Positions 11,412-24,624 of a DNA stretch of 64,000 nt are shown here, in pieces. The stretch is taken from NCBI RefSeq assembly GCF_000143415.4, contig NW_003314269.1, forward strand, positions 740,851 through 804,850, in the 5' to 3' direction. The notes under the pieces were generated by a model. That model ran no database searches. It saw nothing but the letters and a program-made list of their open reading frames with translations, and was not told where the DNA came from. This DNA comes from Selaginella moellendorffii (taxonomy: Eukaryota > Plantae > Lycopodiophyta). The translations under genes were made by a program, and so were the position numbers. Every line of letters starts with the position of its first letter. Positions within the stretch are counted from its first letter, which is position 1.

Positions 11412-12128
11412 ATGGTAAGACTCAAATGCATCGATCAATCGCCAGATCACTCGTTTCCCTCCTCCCAATTTCCAGTCGAACAGAGCGCGGCTGTTCAAGG
11501 AGTACCGGGAAGTCCAGAAGGATCGCAACGCGGATTCGGACATCCAGCTCGTCTGCGATGACACAAACATCCATCGATGGACGGCACATATCAAGGTAAG
11601 GAATTTCACGCAGAGTGAGAGAGAGAGAGAGAGAAATTTCGCTTGGATTTCCAGGGACCTGCCGAGACTCCATACCACGAAGGCGTGTTCCAGCTCGCGA
11701 TAAGCGTCCCGGACAACTATCCTCTACTTCCACCGCTGGTCCGCTTCGTCACAAAGATCTTTCATCCAAACGTTCACTTCAAGGTACCGCAAATCTTTCA
11801 TCCTGGCCTGGAAGAACTCAAAAGAAAAATAGTAAGCTTTCTTTTTTTTTTCTATTCCAGACTGGAGAGATTTGCCTCGACATTCTCAAGACCGCTTGGA
11901 GCCCGGCATGGACGTTGCAATCGGTTTGCCGAGCGGTGATTGCTTTGATGGCTCATCCCGAGGCAGACAGCCCTCTCAACTGCGACTGCGGTAAGAGATC
12001 TTTACTCCAAAGTTGCCAAGTTTGAGCTGGATGTCCCAGGGAATTTGCTGCGATCCGGCGATGTGCGAGGCTATCGATCCATGGCTAGAATGTATACTAG
12101 GCTGGCTGCTCTGCCCAGCTCGTCATAG
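11412..12128 (+). CDS. PEX4: Peroxisomal ubiquitin-conjugating enzyme E2 (PEX4/UBC21); first coding exon is ATG only
   Basis: M|SNRARLFKEYREVQK..GPAETPYHEGVFQL..FHPNVHFKTGEICLDILKTAWSPAWTLQSVCRAVIALMAHPEADSPLNCDCGNLLRSGD..MARMYTRLAA*. Confidence 0.95.
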
Positions 12129-12216
12129 TCTCTCCTGTGGTAAACCATTGTCTGTATTGCGATTGAATAACACACACACACACACATAGTTGTGACTTAC
12201 GTGTTAGAAGAATGGA

Positions 12217-13116
12217 TCACATTTCACCACATTGCGAAATTGTGCATTGGAGCTTTGGCTTGTTGCTCTGACCAGTCTGGACGTTTTCGATCTTTCGCAC
12301 CACTAAAAGTCCATCGCCCAAAACCCTCTGGAAAAAATAGAGCATGAGTTTTGCAGCTCAAGTTTGAGAAGAACTTACTCCAAACACCACATGCTTGTTG
12401 TCGAGCCAGTCGCATTTGGCGCAAGTTATAAAGAACTACACAAACAACATCTTCCGTAAGTATAGATCACCCACAGAAGATCACAAAAAGTACCTGACAG
12501 CCATTTGTGTTTGGGCCGCTGTTAGCCTGCGCATTCATTCCAAGCGTCAAAATGGAATTTCTCGGGTCGAAGGAAAAGAAAGTTAGCAGCTCATACCATG
12601 GACAAAAGACCCGGGCCAGTGTGCTTGGCTACGAAGTTTTCATCTTCAAATTTACTTCCATAGATGCTCACGCATCCGTTTCCATCGCCCTGTGAAGAAG
12701 CAAAACGGTCAGTGGCAAGAACTTGGAAAGAATGTCACTTCACCTTGAGAAAATCCCCGCCTTGAATCATGAAGTCTTTGATCACGCGGTGGAAGCTGCA
12801 GTTCTTGTATCCTTGTGGTGTCCCGGCTTTTCTACAAACATAGGATCGAACCAGACTTCTTATCAAGAGAGAAAACCCTCCTTACCGAAAATCACCAGTG
12901 CAAAATTGCCTGCCAAAGAAAGAAAATAAATCTCTGAAACAAAACAGACACGAAGTAGAACTAATACCTGAAGTTCTCGGCCGTCTTGGGAACAATGTCG
13001 GCGAAGAGCTCCATCTTGATCCGCCCAGCAGGCGCCGTCCCGATTGTGATGTCGAAGAAGACGACGGGGTTCTTTGGATTCTGCGGCCTCAGGTGCCACT
13101 CTACAACCCCCGCCAT
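12217..13116 (-). CDS. CYP22: Cyclophilin PPIase, CYP22/PPIH type, multi-exon
   Basis: [97 protein letters not shown]. Confidence 0.93.
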
Positions 13117-15959
13117 TTCCCTCGGGACCCTAAAAGACAGGCTTAGGGTTTAAGCGGATCTTTATTATTTTATATGTTTTTTATTGATCATAAATTAATT
13201 AATTAATAAGCTTATGACTTAACTTTTCTTTACAGTAATTGCAACAATGGGTAATACAATAATCACAAACATCAAATCTATTAATCATATGCTAAAAAAT
13301 TAATTTAAATTTTAAATATAATATTTAATATCCTTCAAGAGTTTAAGTTTTATATAATTTTGATTTACATATCTTATTTTTAAATTATTAAAATCTTATG
13401 GTATTTCTCTAAAATTTATATGTATATAAAGTTCATATGCCAAAATACAATTTATACATTTTAAATGTTTTAACCAAATTTCTAAGTGTGAAATGTTTTT
13501 TCTTACTATTCACTAAAAACTAATATCCAAAATGCATTTCTTTTTTTTTACAAATATTTCAAATCTTTTATAACCATCATATTAATTATATCATCACTTA
13601 TAAAGTTATGCATTTTAATTAATATATTATAAATTTATATCAAGGTAATTATAATTTTAATAATGTTTCTTCTGTATCAATGAAGTTAAAATGCAAAGAG
13701 CCACCCAAGTATTATATAATAAGAAGCACTATTTTATGCATTAAGATATATATAATAAATAATAGTAAATAAGCTAAAAAAGAAAAATAAATAAATTTAT
13801 TATATTATTATTTCTATGCCAAAGTCTTTCAATCATTTTATAAAGTTAGGAGAAAATTTAGTAAAATTACAGGATGTTTTTTTAGTAACTAAATTTTAAA
13901 ATGGTAATTAAAATATAAAAATGTTGAAAATAAATTTATATGCATTAATACCTTAAAAGTATAAAATAACTTTGGTATTTATATAAAGAGACAGTAAAAG
14001 TTTTATATGAATTTATAAATATTTGAGAGCATTAATATTATTTATTTTTAGTATATTAAACACATCTTAATCCCTATATAGATAGTAGATGACCAGTTAT
14101 ATAATTTATAATTGAAATAATTAAAGATTATTTTTAATTATAAAAAATTTATTAGTTATGCTTTAAATATTACTTAACAAAATAAAGAAAATCCTTAAGG
14201 TTTTATTGCCACAAACTAGCGCTGCAGTGGAATGGTTAAAAAACTCATTTATTAAGTTTTATACTTCAATTTCATAATGATTAATAATTTTTTTTACACA
14301 ATGAAATTAAATTATAGAATAAAGCTTTTAATAATAAGCATGTTGTGAGGGTCAAGTGTACAGTTACGATGCCATATACTAATATTAGTGTAATAGGATT
14401 TTTGTAGCTGTTGAATTGGTTTCAATCCGGACCACTCACTCCTATATATAAATTAGGGTTTTTGGGCTAATTGATATACACATTTTCTATATTCCTTTTC
14501 TATATTCCAAACACTTACATTGGTGGAAATGAAAGGCATCTTTTGATTATCCCTAAGGAGTGTTTGGATTTGGGATTTTGGTTTAGATTTAGTTTTTGCA
14601 TTATGCATTATCTAGATTTAGCTTTTTCCATTTCCTCTTTTTTGTTCTTTCTTTTCAGGATTTTTGTTTAGATCTAGCTTTTTACATTGTTTAGATTCTT
14701 CTTTCCTTTTAACTTTTTGTCATTTCTCTTCTTTTGCTCTTTCCTTTTTGTTCATCTTCATGGCAGATCAACAATCTCCTCTTTTGACTCTGGAGCAGCA
14801 GTTGGTACAATTGCTTGATGCTATACATTTGCAATTGAACAACTAAACTTAATTGATGATGGCATTCACAGCATGTGGTACAACTCCTCTTGCTCTTGGT
14901 GCCAATCCTCGTGTGCAACTAGAGTTCTTTCATGGGAATCTTAGGGATGATGTGTACCATTAGTTTGATCACTTCACGATGATTGCCACATATAATTCTT
15001 GAGATGATGCTCGACGTTTACATGAGTTTCCCACGTGTCTCTAAGGGACGACACTACAGTGGTACAATGGTTTGAATGCAACTATTCGTGGGGATTGGAA
15101 TGTTCTCCCAGATGTCTTCAAACGCACATTTGGACATGCCGACCATTGTGATGATGCCTTCCAGCAATTGCATCATCTTCGTCAAGGGCTATCTGAGTCG
15201 ATGATGCAATTTGGCATTCGTTTCCAAAGTCTTTTGCTTCGTGCAGAGCTAAATATGTTAGAGCGGATCAAGCTAGGAATGTTGTGGCCAGCACTTCGTC
15301 AAGATCTTGTTGGACTTGTGCATACACTTGCTCCAGCCACCCTTGACAATGCTTTTCGCTTGGCACAATGTTATGAGATGTCGCCTCTTCCACTTCGCAC
15401 TGCACGTTCTTTTGCTCCACTTCCTATAGGCGATGGTCTTGTTCCAATGGAAGTTGATGTTGCTGTTGCTCGAGTCCAAGGACAAGGGTGAGGATGTGAT
15501 CATGGCCATGACGTTCGCTATTAGGTATATGATGTCGATGTTTTTCGAATTAACAACCTCCATTTCCTAGGTGAAGACCTTGGCGTCAACAACGTCCTGT
15601 TGGTGCTACTATAGTGGAAGGTTTGGACACCGAGATGCATCCGAGAAATAAGGAATCGCCCGAGTAACAAAAGGATCTTGCGTGAATAAGTTAGTAACCC
15701 CTCCATTTTTCTTCGGGAGTATCATCAAGGGGTTCATTCAGCACCAATTCATCTAGTGTTTACTTTCCAAAGTCGGTTTTTAACAAAAGGTTTTCTATTA
15801 TTCTCTCTGTGTTGGTTGATACAGGTTCAATTTTATCTTCTATTGCTCAATCTGTTGCCACACGTTGCCGTCTACACTTGCGTTATATGACAGAACCAAT
15901 TTTCATTCTTTATGGCAACGGCTGTACACATGCATGTGCATGGGATGAGGCAGACCTAG

Positions 15960-18900
15960 TGTAAGCGACTAATTTTTCCATTTTACTTTAGTCACTTAAC
16001 TGCACCTCTGACCACTTGGAGGAGTCTCATTCACAACCTCCATAAGTCCCCGTTAGGACTTGGGGCTTGCCAGCCCTGAGAATGGCATCCATGCCACTCA
16101 ACCTTTGCACTTGGTCCAAGTGCTCCACATGTCCAATCCCATGACCGATACCCCAAGGTACCACCGACATACCAGCCCGTTACGCTAGGCCATGCCCATT
16201 CACCTTGGTCACACTAGTGGTCTAACGCCACCTGCATCATAATCCCGTCTCTCAAAGACTGGGCCATCCGTCCATGAGCGATCATCCCAGATCTACTCCT
16301 TAGCATCCTTAGGATGCCTGCAGACATGGGGCATAGCCTTCCCTGACAACTCTTTTCCAGTCCCCACCAAATCCCTTTTAGTCCATGGCCGTGTTCGCCA
16401 ACACTGCCACTGGATCAAGGCCCGCAGGCCTGACCGCTAAGGCCCACTATCCTTTGGGACTTCCTCACCATATGACTGTATCCTTGGTCACTGCATTAGA
16501 GGCCTACTCCTCTTCCCTTTCACCATTTGGGACTTTGGGACAACATTTCAAAACACCGTGGCCTTACGCAAGCCTCATGGGTACTCTCCCCACCTTTTGC
16601 CTTTAGGTGCTCTAGCTATAGGCTTAGAGCGAGGTTCCGTTCAAGGAATTCTATTCCTTAGCTTGCTAAGGTTTCTCCATTTGCAAGCTTTCTAATTACC
16701 ATATAGCCTAACATGGACAATCCCATGCTTTAGACTCTCCATGGCATCCCGGTCACTAGTAATAACATGCTTGAGCACCCATTTGATTCTCCACTCCCAA
16801 CTTGCATAACCACCCTTGGTCATGCCTGTCAATTCCCATGGTTCGGTTCTATCCCTTTACTACTTGCCTTTTTGGCCTCATTCATTTCCTTCAGTTATTC
16901 TCCTCCAGACTAGGAAGATAGCTTTGCACTTTCTACCATGCCTTGGCAAGTATTCATAGGGATGAACCTACCTGACAGCTTAGGAGTGGTTCCTCAATCC
17001 GGGTTTGCCCACCTTGTAATCCCATACCCTAGGATTACCGTTGCTACTTATGGGCCTTTATATGCCCATCCCTAGCCTTGCCAAAATCCCCTTTTGGCTT
17101 TGTCCAATTCGGGTAGACGAACTTCTCCCGTCTCCACAACCTTGGACATTTGGATAGCACCTTTTATCCATCATTCGCTAGGGACTTTGTCCCTTGGGCA
17201 TTGTCCATTGCCCTCACGACATCAAACAACACCTTTTGGTGTTCTAGAGTGTCTGGGTGTCCTAATGATGGCCTCTCTGACAATGAGCATTCTCTTTTCG
17301 ACATTGACTTACTACATCGCAACATAAGCAATTTATCCCTCATAAGGGTATATTTAACTTCTTTATCCCAATAAGAAGTCTTAGGTAGTTGCCTTCTACC
17401 AGTTTAACAAATTATTTTGTAGCTTTTGCTTAGTTGCCTCATAGTTGTCAAGTCCTGCAACTCATTGCTAGTGCTTCCACACCTCCATCATTATCTGGGT
17501 CACCACACTTTAACCGCATGCCTTCCAGCATAGGATATGCTATTCCCATTTCCATTAGGATTCCTTTGGATGGGGTTCTCATGAACCCGCCAACTTGACC
17601 TCAAGGCAGCACGCCTTGGCACCTTTGGTGTCTCCACACCATCAGCTCTACGAGCCTACTTTTATGACACTTTTTACTTGTGTCTAGGTCTTTTTGCCAA
17701 GACCAATATGGTTGTCTCTTATGCCAATTATCCATTAGCATTGCACCATAGTGTTTACACCCAACTCTGGGCCAAAGTTGCTTTCTTTTGGGAACATCTT
17801 TCCCACGACTTTAGCATGGCATATTCTATCATCAATGAAATACCTACTGTTCTCATCCTTGGATCTTATGATCCTCCCCATACCTCATGGGGCACCATAC
17901 ACCTTAGTCCAAATGCTTCAACCAATCCCTTAGGGCCATTCCCTGACTCCACTTGAGTCATTTAGCATTTTAGACTTTGCTAATCTAACGACCTGCGAGG
18001 TCTTAATCTTCGAGGTGCCAACTCGCTGGAATACAACTTCTTGTATTCATGTCCTGCTCACAAGGACAATCTTTGCAAGTGTTACTCCGACACTTGATTT
18101 GGTCTCTTGGGGCAACCTTTTGCCCCTTAGGACCACTTGTCCATGCGATGAGAATATCAATTCATCCTCTAAGTACACCCCTAACTTCTTGGGTTGTTCC
18201 AGCATTTATTAGAGGTAGTCCCGGCTACCATTTCAAGGACTTGTGTCCTCTTCCGTATTTGACCTCCCACGGTCATCAATTCCAGTCTCAAATTTATGAG
18301 CACTTGCCTCAACTATGTGAGGATAATCTTATGACTCCTTTATTGTTTTGGAGTCTCTATCTTTCCCGTGATCCTAACTATAGTTGTTTACCACAACTAC
18401 TTTAGTCAATTTGATGAGCCAAATGCTCATCCGGATCACATCCTCAACTCAATGAGGAAAACCTTGCACTGTTCCCAAGATCCCAAAGTCGTTCCATTAT
18501 TGGCCCTTTTCTATCCACCACCGTGTCTACAAGTTCACACATGAGCTATAATGGAGAGCCATGTCTTCCCGACCTACTACTCCTCAAGGATAGGCCCACT
18601 CCTTGGACCTTCCGATGCCAACACCAATGGTGATATACTTGAGCACCAATAAAAGTCAGACTAAGGAACAACTTCGATACCAAATTGTAAGCGACTAATT
18701 TTTCCATTTTACTTTAGTCGTTTAACTGCACCTCCGACCACTTGGAGGAGTCTCATTCACAACCTCCATAAGTCCCCGTTAGGACTTGGGGCTTGCCAGC
18801 CCTAAGAATGGCATCCATGCCACTCAACCTTTACACTTGGTCCAAGTGCTCCACATGTCCAATCCCATGACCGACACCCCAAGGTACCACCGACATACCA

Positions 18901-20479
18901 GCCCGTTACGCTAGGCCATGCCCATTCACTTTAGTCGCACCGGTGGTCTAACGCCACCTGCATCATAATCCCGTCTCTCAAAGACTGGGCCATCCGTCCA
19001 TGAGCGATCATCCCAGATCTACTCCTTAGCATCCTTAGGATGCCCGCAGACATGGGGAATAGTCTTCCCCGACAACTCTTTTCCAGTCCCCACCAAATCC
19101 CTTTTAGTCCATGGCCGTGTTCGCCAACACTGCCACTGGATCAAGGCCCGCAGGCCTGACCGCTAAGGCCCACTATCCTTTGGGACTTCCTCACCATGTG
19201 ACCGTATCCTTGGTCACTGCATTAGAGGTTTACTCCTCTTCCCTTTCACCATTTGGGACTTTGGGACAACATTTCAGAACACCGTGGCCTTACGCAAGCC
19301 TCATGGGCACTCTCCCCGCCTTTCGCCTTTAGGTGCTCTAGCCATGGGCTTAGAGCGAGGTTCCGTTGAGCCACGACAGTAGTGCCACCCACACTTGGAC
19401 TGGGAGCATCGGCCAGTCGATCTCCCGGAGGAACTAGAGCCGGCTCTTGAACACTTCACCAAGCTACCCCGCTTGTCGGTCCGTGTTCACTCTAGTCTTG
19501 GACTTCCCAATGGGCAGCTCATCACCCAACACTGGGTCCGGCCTTCCTGGGCCAAACTGGCTCCACTGCAGTCCACCCCCTACTATACTTTTGGAGCTCA
19601 CCAAACCCCCCAGGGTTTGGGAGACGAACGCTTTGGGCTTTCACCCTCTCAGACTCGAACTCGGACTCGGCCTCGGACTCGGACTCAGACTCGGATTCGG
19701 ACTCGGACTCGGACTCGGCCTCGGCCTCGGTCTCGGTCTCGGTCCCGATCTCGGTCTCGGTCTCGGTCCCGATCTCGGTCTCGATCTCGGTCCCGGTCTC
19801 GGTCTCGGTCCCGGTCTTGACTTCAGACTCCATCTCGGGTCCATCTCGGACTCCATCTCGGACTCCATCTTGGGTCCATCTCAAGTCCATCTCGGACTCC
19901 ATCTCGGACTCCACCTCGGACTCCATCTCGGACTCCATCTCGGGTCCATCTCGGGTCCCATCTCGAGTCCTATCTCGGGTCCATCTCGGACTCCATCTCG
20001 GACTCCATCTCGGGTCCATCTCGGACTCCATCTCGGACTCCACCTCGGACTCCATCTCGGGTCCTTCTCGGACTCCATCTCGGACTCCATCTCAGGTCCA
20101 TCTTGGGTCCCATCTCGGGTCCATCTTAGACTCCATCTCGGACTCCATCTCGGACTCCATCTCGGGTCCATCTCGGGTCCACCTCGGACTCCACCTCGGG
20201 GTCCTTCTCGGACTCCACTTCGGACTCCAACTTGGGTCCATCTCGGACACTTCCACGTGTCATGTGTTGGTCCTTTTGGGTCCCTTTTTGGAGCCTTGCT
20301 TATTGCTCTCTTTGTGCTTGTTCCTCGAGCACTTCGTTGGGAATTCCACTCCCGCTCTCGACCTTTCAAGGCGGAGCTTTTAGTCCAAACGTGTTACGTT
20401 CGTTTGGCTTTCGCTTCGGCCACTACCACGTGGCGCCCCTCCTGCTCCACTTTGGGGCCTAGGGATTTTGTGTCTCACA
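15960..20479 (-). mobile_element. LTR retroelement B nested in the protease region of A; 5-bp TSD CCTAG; full LTR 18686-20479, truncated LTR 15960-16640; no recognisable pol
   Basis: CCTAG at 15955-15959 and 20480-20484; termini TGTAAG..TCACA; 15960-16640 repeats 18686-19367 (~96% by manual count); tRNA-Met-type PBS (tggtatc on the minus strand) at ~18672-18682. Confidence 0.9.
19652..20248. repeat. Tandem array inside the element B LTR: 6-bp CTCGGN units grading into 12-bp CTCGGACTCCAT/CTCGGGTCCAT units
   Basis: Directly visible; it produces the spurious RS/GL/SISD/MESE repeat ORFs. Confidence 0.95.
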
Positions 20480-23400
20480 CCTAGTTGTGCGTGTGGGCAA
20501 TCTCGAGCTTGGGTTGCAGTCATTGCAAGTGGTGCCGAGTCAAGCTTTTGAACTCATCCTTAGTATGGATTAGTTGTAGCATAATCATGCCAAGTACGAC
20601 TTTAAAGTTTCTCCCCTTTGTTTTATACTTCTTTATATTTCATCAATTCCTCTCACTTCTGTACTTCTTCGTCTCTCTATTTTACCTCTGTTTCAATTAC
20701 TTTTGTCCCCTTCACTATTTCCTCTTATGTTTCCATCTTGTTCTGCTCTTCCCTTTTCGGTTCCCTCTAACAATCTTTGTGTTGCAGTGGTTGACCAGCT
20801 CATGAAGAAGTATTTTGATCTCTTTGAATTTAACCTATCATTTAGGGCCAAGATTGTCACATATCGTCCGATTCCAATTGGGGATGCTCGTCCAATCAAG
20901 GTTCTTATTCATCGTTGGTCACCCAAAGAGATCAAGATTTTATGTGTAAATGTTAAGGAGATGTTAAAGAAGGGTGTTATTCAGAAATTTGTGGAGTCCT
21001 TGGGCATATGAACCTCATTTTGTGATGAAGTCTGATGGGAGTATTTGTTTTTGCATCGACTATCATCTATTAAACGAAGTGACGATTTTAGATGTGTACC
21101 CTCTTCCTCACATTGCTGATCTCTTGGATCGTCCGAGGCAAAGTCGTTGGTTCACCAAGCTAAATCTTGTTTCTGGGTTTTGGCAAGTACCGATGGCCGA
21201 AAAAGATATTTCTAAGACTGCTTTTTATACACTGTTTAATTTGTATGAATTCTTGGTGATGTCGTTTGGTTTGAACAATGCTCCAACAACTTTTTAGCGG
21301 ATGATGGACGAGGTTTTTTTTTATATCCCAGAGGTGACTGTTGACTTTATTGATGATGTCTTGATCCACTTGGAGGGGACATGGGAGGAGCACTTTCGTG
21401 ATGTCTGTAAAGTGTTGAATCAGCTACAGAACATTGGTTTAAAGTTGAAATGGTTAAAGTGCGTGTTTGGGTCCAAGGACACAACTTCTCTTGGGTACCG
21501 TATCTCTCATGAAGGTTTATAAGTTGATTTTGATAAATTTATGGTTGTTCTAAAGTTCTCTACTCTGAAGTGTGTGAATGATGTGCAACACTTTCTAGGC
21601 AAGGTGTAATATCTCGGTCGTTTTGTGGATCATTTTTTTTTTATCACACTGCACAGTTGTGAGTGTTGCTGAAGTCATCAATGTCATCTTTCATCTAGTC
21701 TCCAAATTGTGAGCAGGCATCCGTGGATCTCAAAGAGTTATTGACGACTCCTCTGGTTTTGGCATATCCTGACTACACTCAACCTTTTATTTTGCAAGTG
21801 GATGCTTCTGATATTAGTCTTGGAAATGTGTTGATGCAAGAAAGCCCAAATGTGCTTGGTCAGCACCATCCCATTGCATATATAAGCTATACATTACAAC
21901 CAACAAAGGTAAACTACTCCACGACAGAGAATGAGTGTTTAGCAGCAGTTTGGGGTTTCAAGAAACTTCATGCATATGTACATGGTTCCTGGAAGGTACT
22001 TGAAGGTCATCATGCTACTGTTACTTCATTATTGAAGCGAAAGAACTTGGTTAGTTGTATTACTCGGTGGGTTTTGAAGCTTCAGATATATGTTTTTGAT
22101 GTTGTTCAAAGCCTAAGGAGTTCTATAGCTGATACTAATGCCCTTTCTCAAGCTCTTCTTCCTTCTCCACTCTCTTCTTATGTTTTTGAAGAGTTTGTTA
22201 TTCCAACATCTGTGGATTTTCTAAACAAGGATTCTATACCGTCGGTAGTTTTTGTACTTGACGTTTAGTGTTCACAAGGTGCAGAGCAAGATCTACCTTC
22301 TCTTGATGAGGTTCGTGAGACTCAAAAGATTGAGCCGTGGATTTGAAGGCTTCAAAATGGGTTTGAGAATCTTGCATCATTTGCTGATAATTTGTCTTTC
22401 CGACATTTATATTCTCAATATCGCCTTGAAGACAAACTTCTTTATTTTGTGGGGATGGATCCTGATGATTATTTACGGTTGGTGGTGCCTTTTGTCTTTA
22501 TTCTGCAGTTTCTTTATACCTACCATGATTCTCCTGTTCTATGTGGGCATATAGGACATCGTCGTGTAATCGAGAAGCTGTATAGGTCTTTCTATTGGCC
22601 GGAAATACATCATAATATTATCTAGTATGTGCGTAACTGTGTTTGGTGCCAAGCTCGTAATACTCTCCCTCGTGCTACAGAAGGACGGTTGGAGTTAATT
22701 GCAGTTTCCCGTCCGTTTGAGTTGGTGGTGTTTGATCTTATGGGACCTTTTCCACAATCGACTATTAGCAATGAGTATATTATTATTACTTCTGATTACT
22801 TAATTTTTTGGGTGGAAGTTGGTGTTCTTGCTAGTGCTTTTGCAACTGTTGTTGGATACTTCTTCCTCAATCGAGTGGTGTTCCAACATTCTTATTTAGA
22901 GCGGATTCTCTTAGATAATGGTCTCGCATTTGTGGCTAAGGCATTTCATGTTTTGATATCTCGGTTGGGGATACGCCACACTTTCACGAGTGCTTATCAT
23001 TCACAATCAGATAGTCTGGTAGAATGGCTTATTTGGAAGTTCAAAGGGATGATCGCAAAGTATGTGAACTTTCAGCATTCGGATTGGGATAGTTATTTCC
23101 CATCTCTTCGGTATGCATATATCACAGGGGTGTAAAGTTCTATAGGTGCTTCACCATATAAACTTCTATATGATCATAATTTAATATTACTAATGGAGCC
23201 AGCTCCATTAATAGTTTACCTTTGCGGTTGCTATGAGCTGCCAATGCTAAGTCATGGGATTAGTATTTGACAAGCATTCTTCCACTTGTCTGAGTAGTAT
23301 TTGCCGAACACTTAGACTGCGTACAAGTGGGACAACAACGGTGCTACAACTCTCATCATTGTCCACTTGCGGAGTACAAAGTGGATGATTTGGTGTTAAT

Positions 23401-24624
23401 TTATTTTCCCCATCTTACAAGGTGCTCCTTGCTCAGTGGAAAGGACCGTATCGGGTGTTGTCGTAAGTTAGACCACAAGTTTATGAGGTTTGGCATGATG
23501 TCTAGTAAACCAATCCTCCAAAAATTATGCATGTGCAGCAGTTGAAACGCTTCATACAAAGGGATCAAGAGCAGTTAATACCACCTACAAATCTACTAAT
23601 GCCTCCTCCTGACATTCTTCTAGATCCCAACCCATCTACAAAAGAACTCTAATGGTCTTCCATTATTTCGAGAGGATGGGATGATGTGAGGGCCAAATGT
23701 ACAGTTACAATGCTGTATACTAATATTAGCATAGTGGGATTTTGGTAATTGTTGGATTAATTTCAATCCAGACCACTCGCTCCTATATATAAGCTAGAAT
23801 TTTTGGGCTAATTGATATACACATTTTCTGTATTCCCTTTCCATATTCCAAGCACTTACAATGTTTAAATATTTAAAATTATTTCTATTTTGATCAAATT
23901 CATCTAAATTATTTTTATATATAATAGTAGTAAAAATATTTTTTAAAATACAATTCATAATGTTTTATGCAAGTTATAACTTATAAAAATGGTATATTAT
24001 GTAAAATAGTGTGTAGGTTTTGAAAAAAAACATTCCAAAGTTGCTAAATAAGGAATGAAGACTTTATCTACTTCTTTTTAACTCCAATTGAATTATTAAC
24101 CACTAAATTTTATTATATTTTTTCAACAAAAAAGATTCCTATGATTCCAAATCTTTAAAATATTTTATATTATTTATAAATATACAAGCTGAAGCTTTGC
24201 TATAATTAGTATTCAGTTATCCTTGTCCACTTCAGTTATCCTTATCCACTTCAATGACCTTGAGATCATCAGATATAATTTTTTTTAATTAATCTAAATC
24301 ATCCATGATAAAATCTTTAACCCTTACAATCATTGATTCAAGGCCAATAGCGATCCCAAACAACACCAAGTTAATACCAAAGGCTTCTAGCTAATGCTGG
24401 GATCTCCACACTTCCGAAGCTACAGCAGCGGAGACTCACGTCCCACGGTGGACCGGGATATCACGGTTTTGGAACATGTATGGCCTGTCCTACTATCACA
24501 AAAAACTGCGCGAATTAAAACGGAACAAAGACAAACCAAACCTTTGTACATTTTTACACCGCACGGGCTGCCGTAAGGGCTTCCCTCCTTGAAAGGACAC
24601 ATGGATCACACACATGGTACGCCC

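Larger units (their letters stand above)
14344..23860 (+). mobile_element. Degenerate Ty3/gypsy LTR retrotransposon (element A): 176-bp LTRs at 14344-14519 and 23685-23860, 4-bp TSD ATGT, interrupted by element B
   Basis: LTRs TGTGAG..CTTACA; ATGT at 14340-14343 and 23861-23864; PBS 14521-14540; purine tract before the 3' LTR; gag (~14760-15490), protease VLVDTGS (~15810), RT (~20800-21600, FIDDVLI), RNase H (~21720-22100), integrase (~22400-23480, WKGPY); many stops and frameshifts. Confidence 0.93.

Noticed and set aside
19395-20484. SR-protein-like and other repeat ORFs in several frames; superficially CRISPR-like periodicity
   Set aside because: Translations of the LTR minisatellite; no RRM, no unique spacers, no cas genes.
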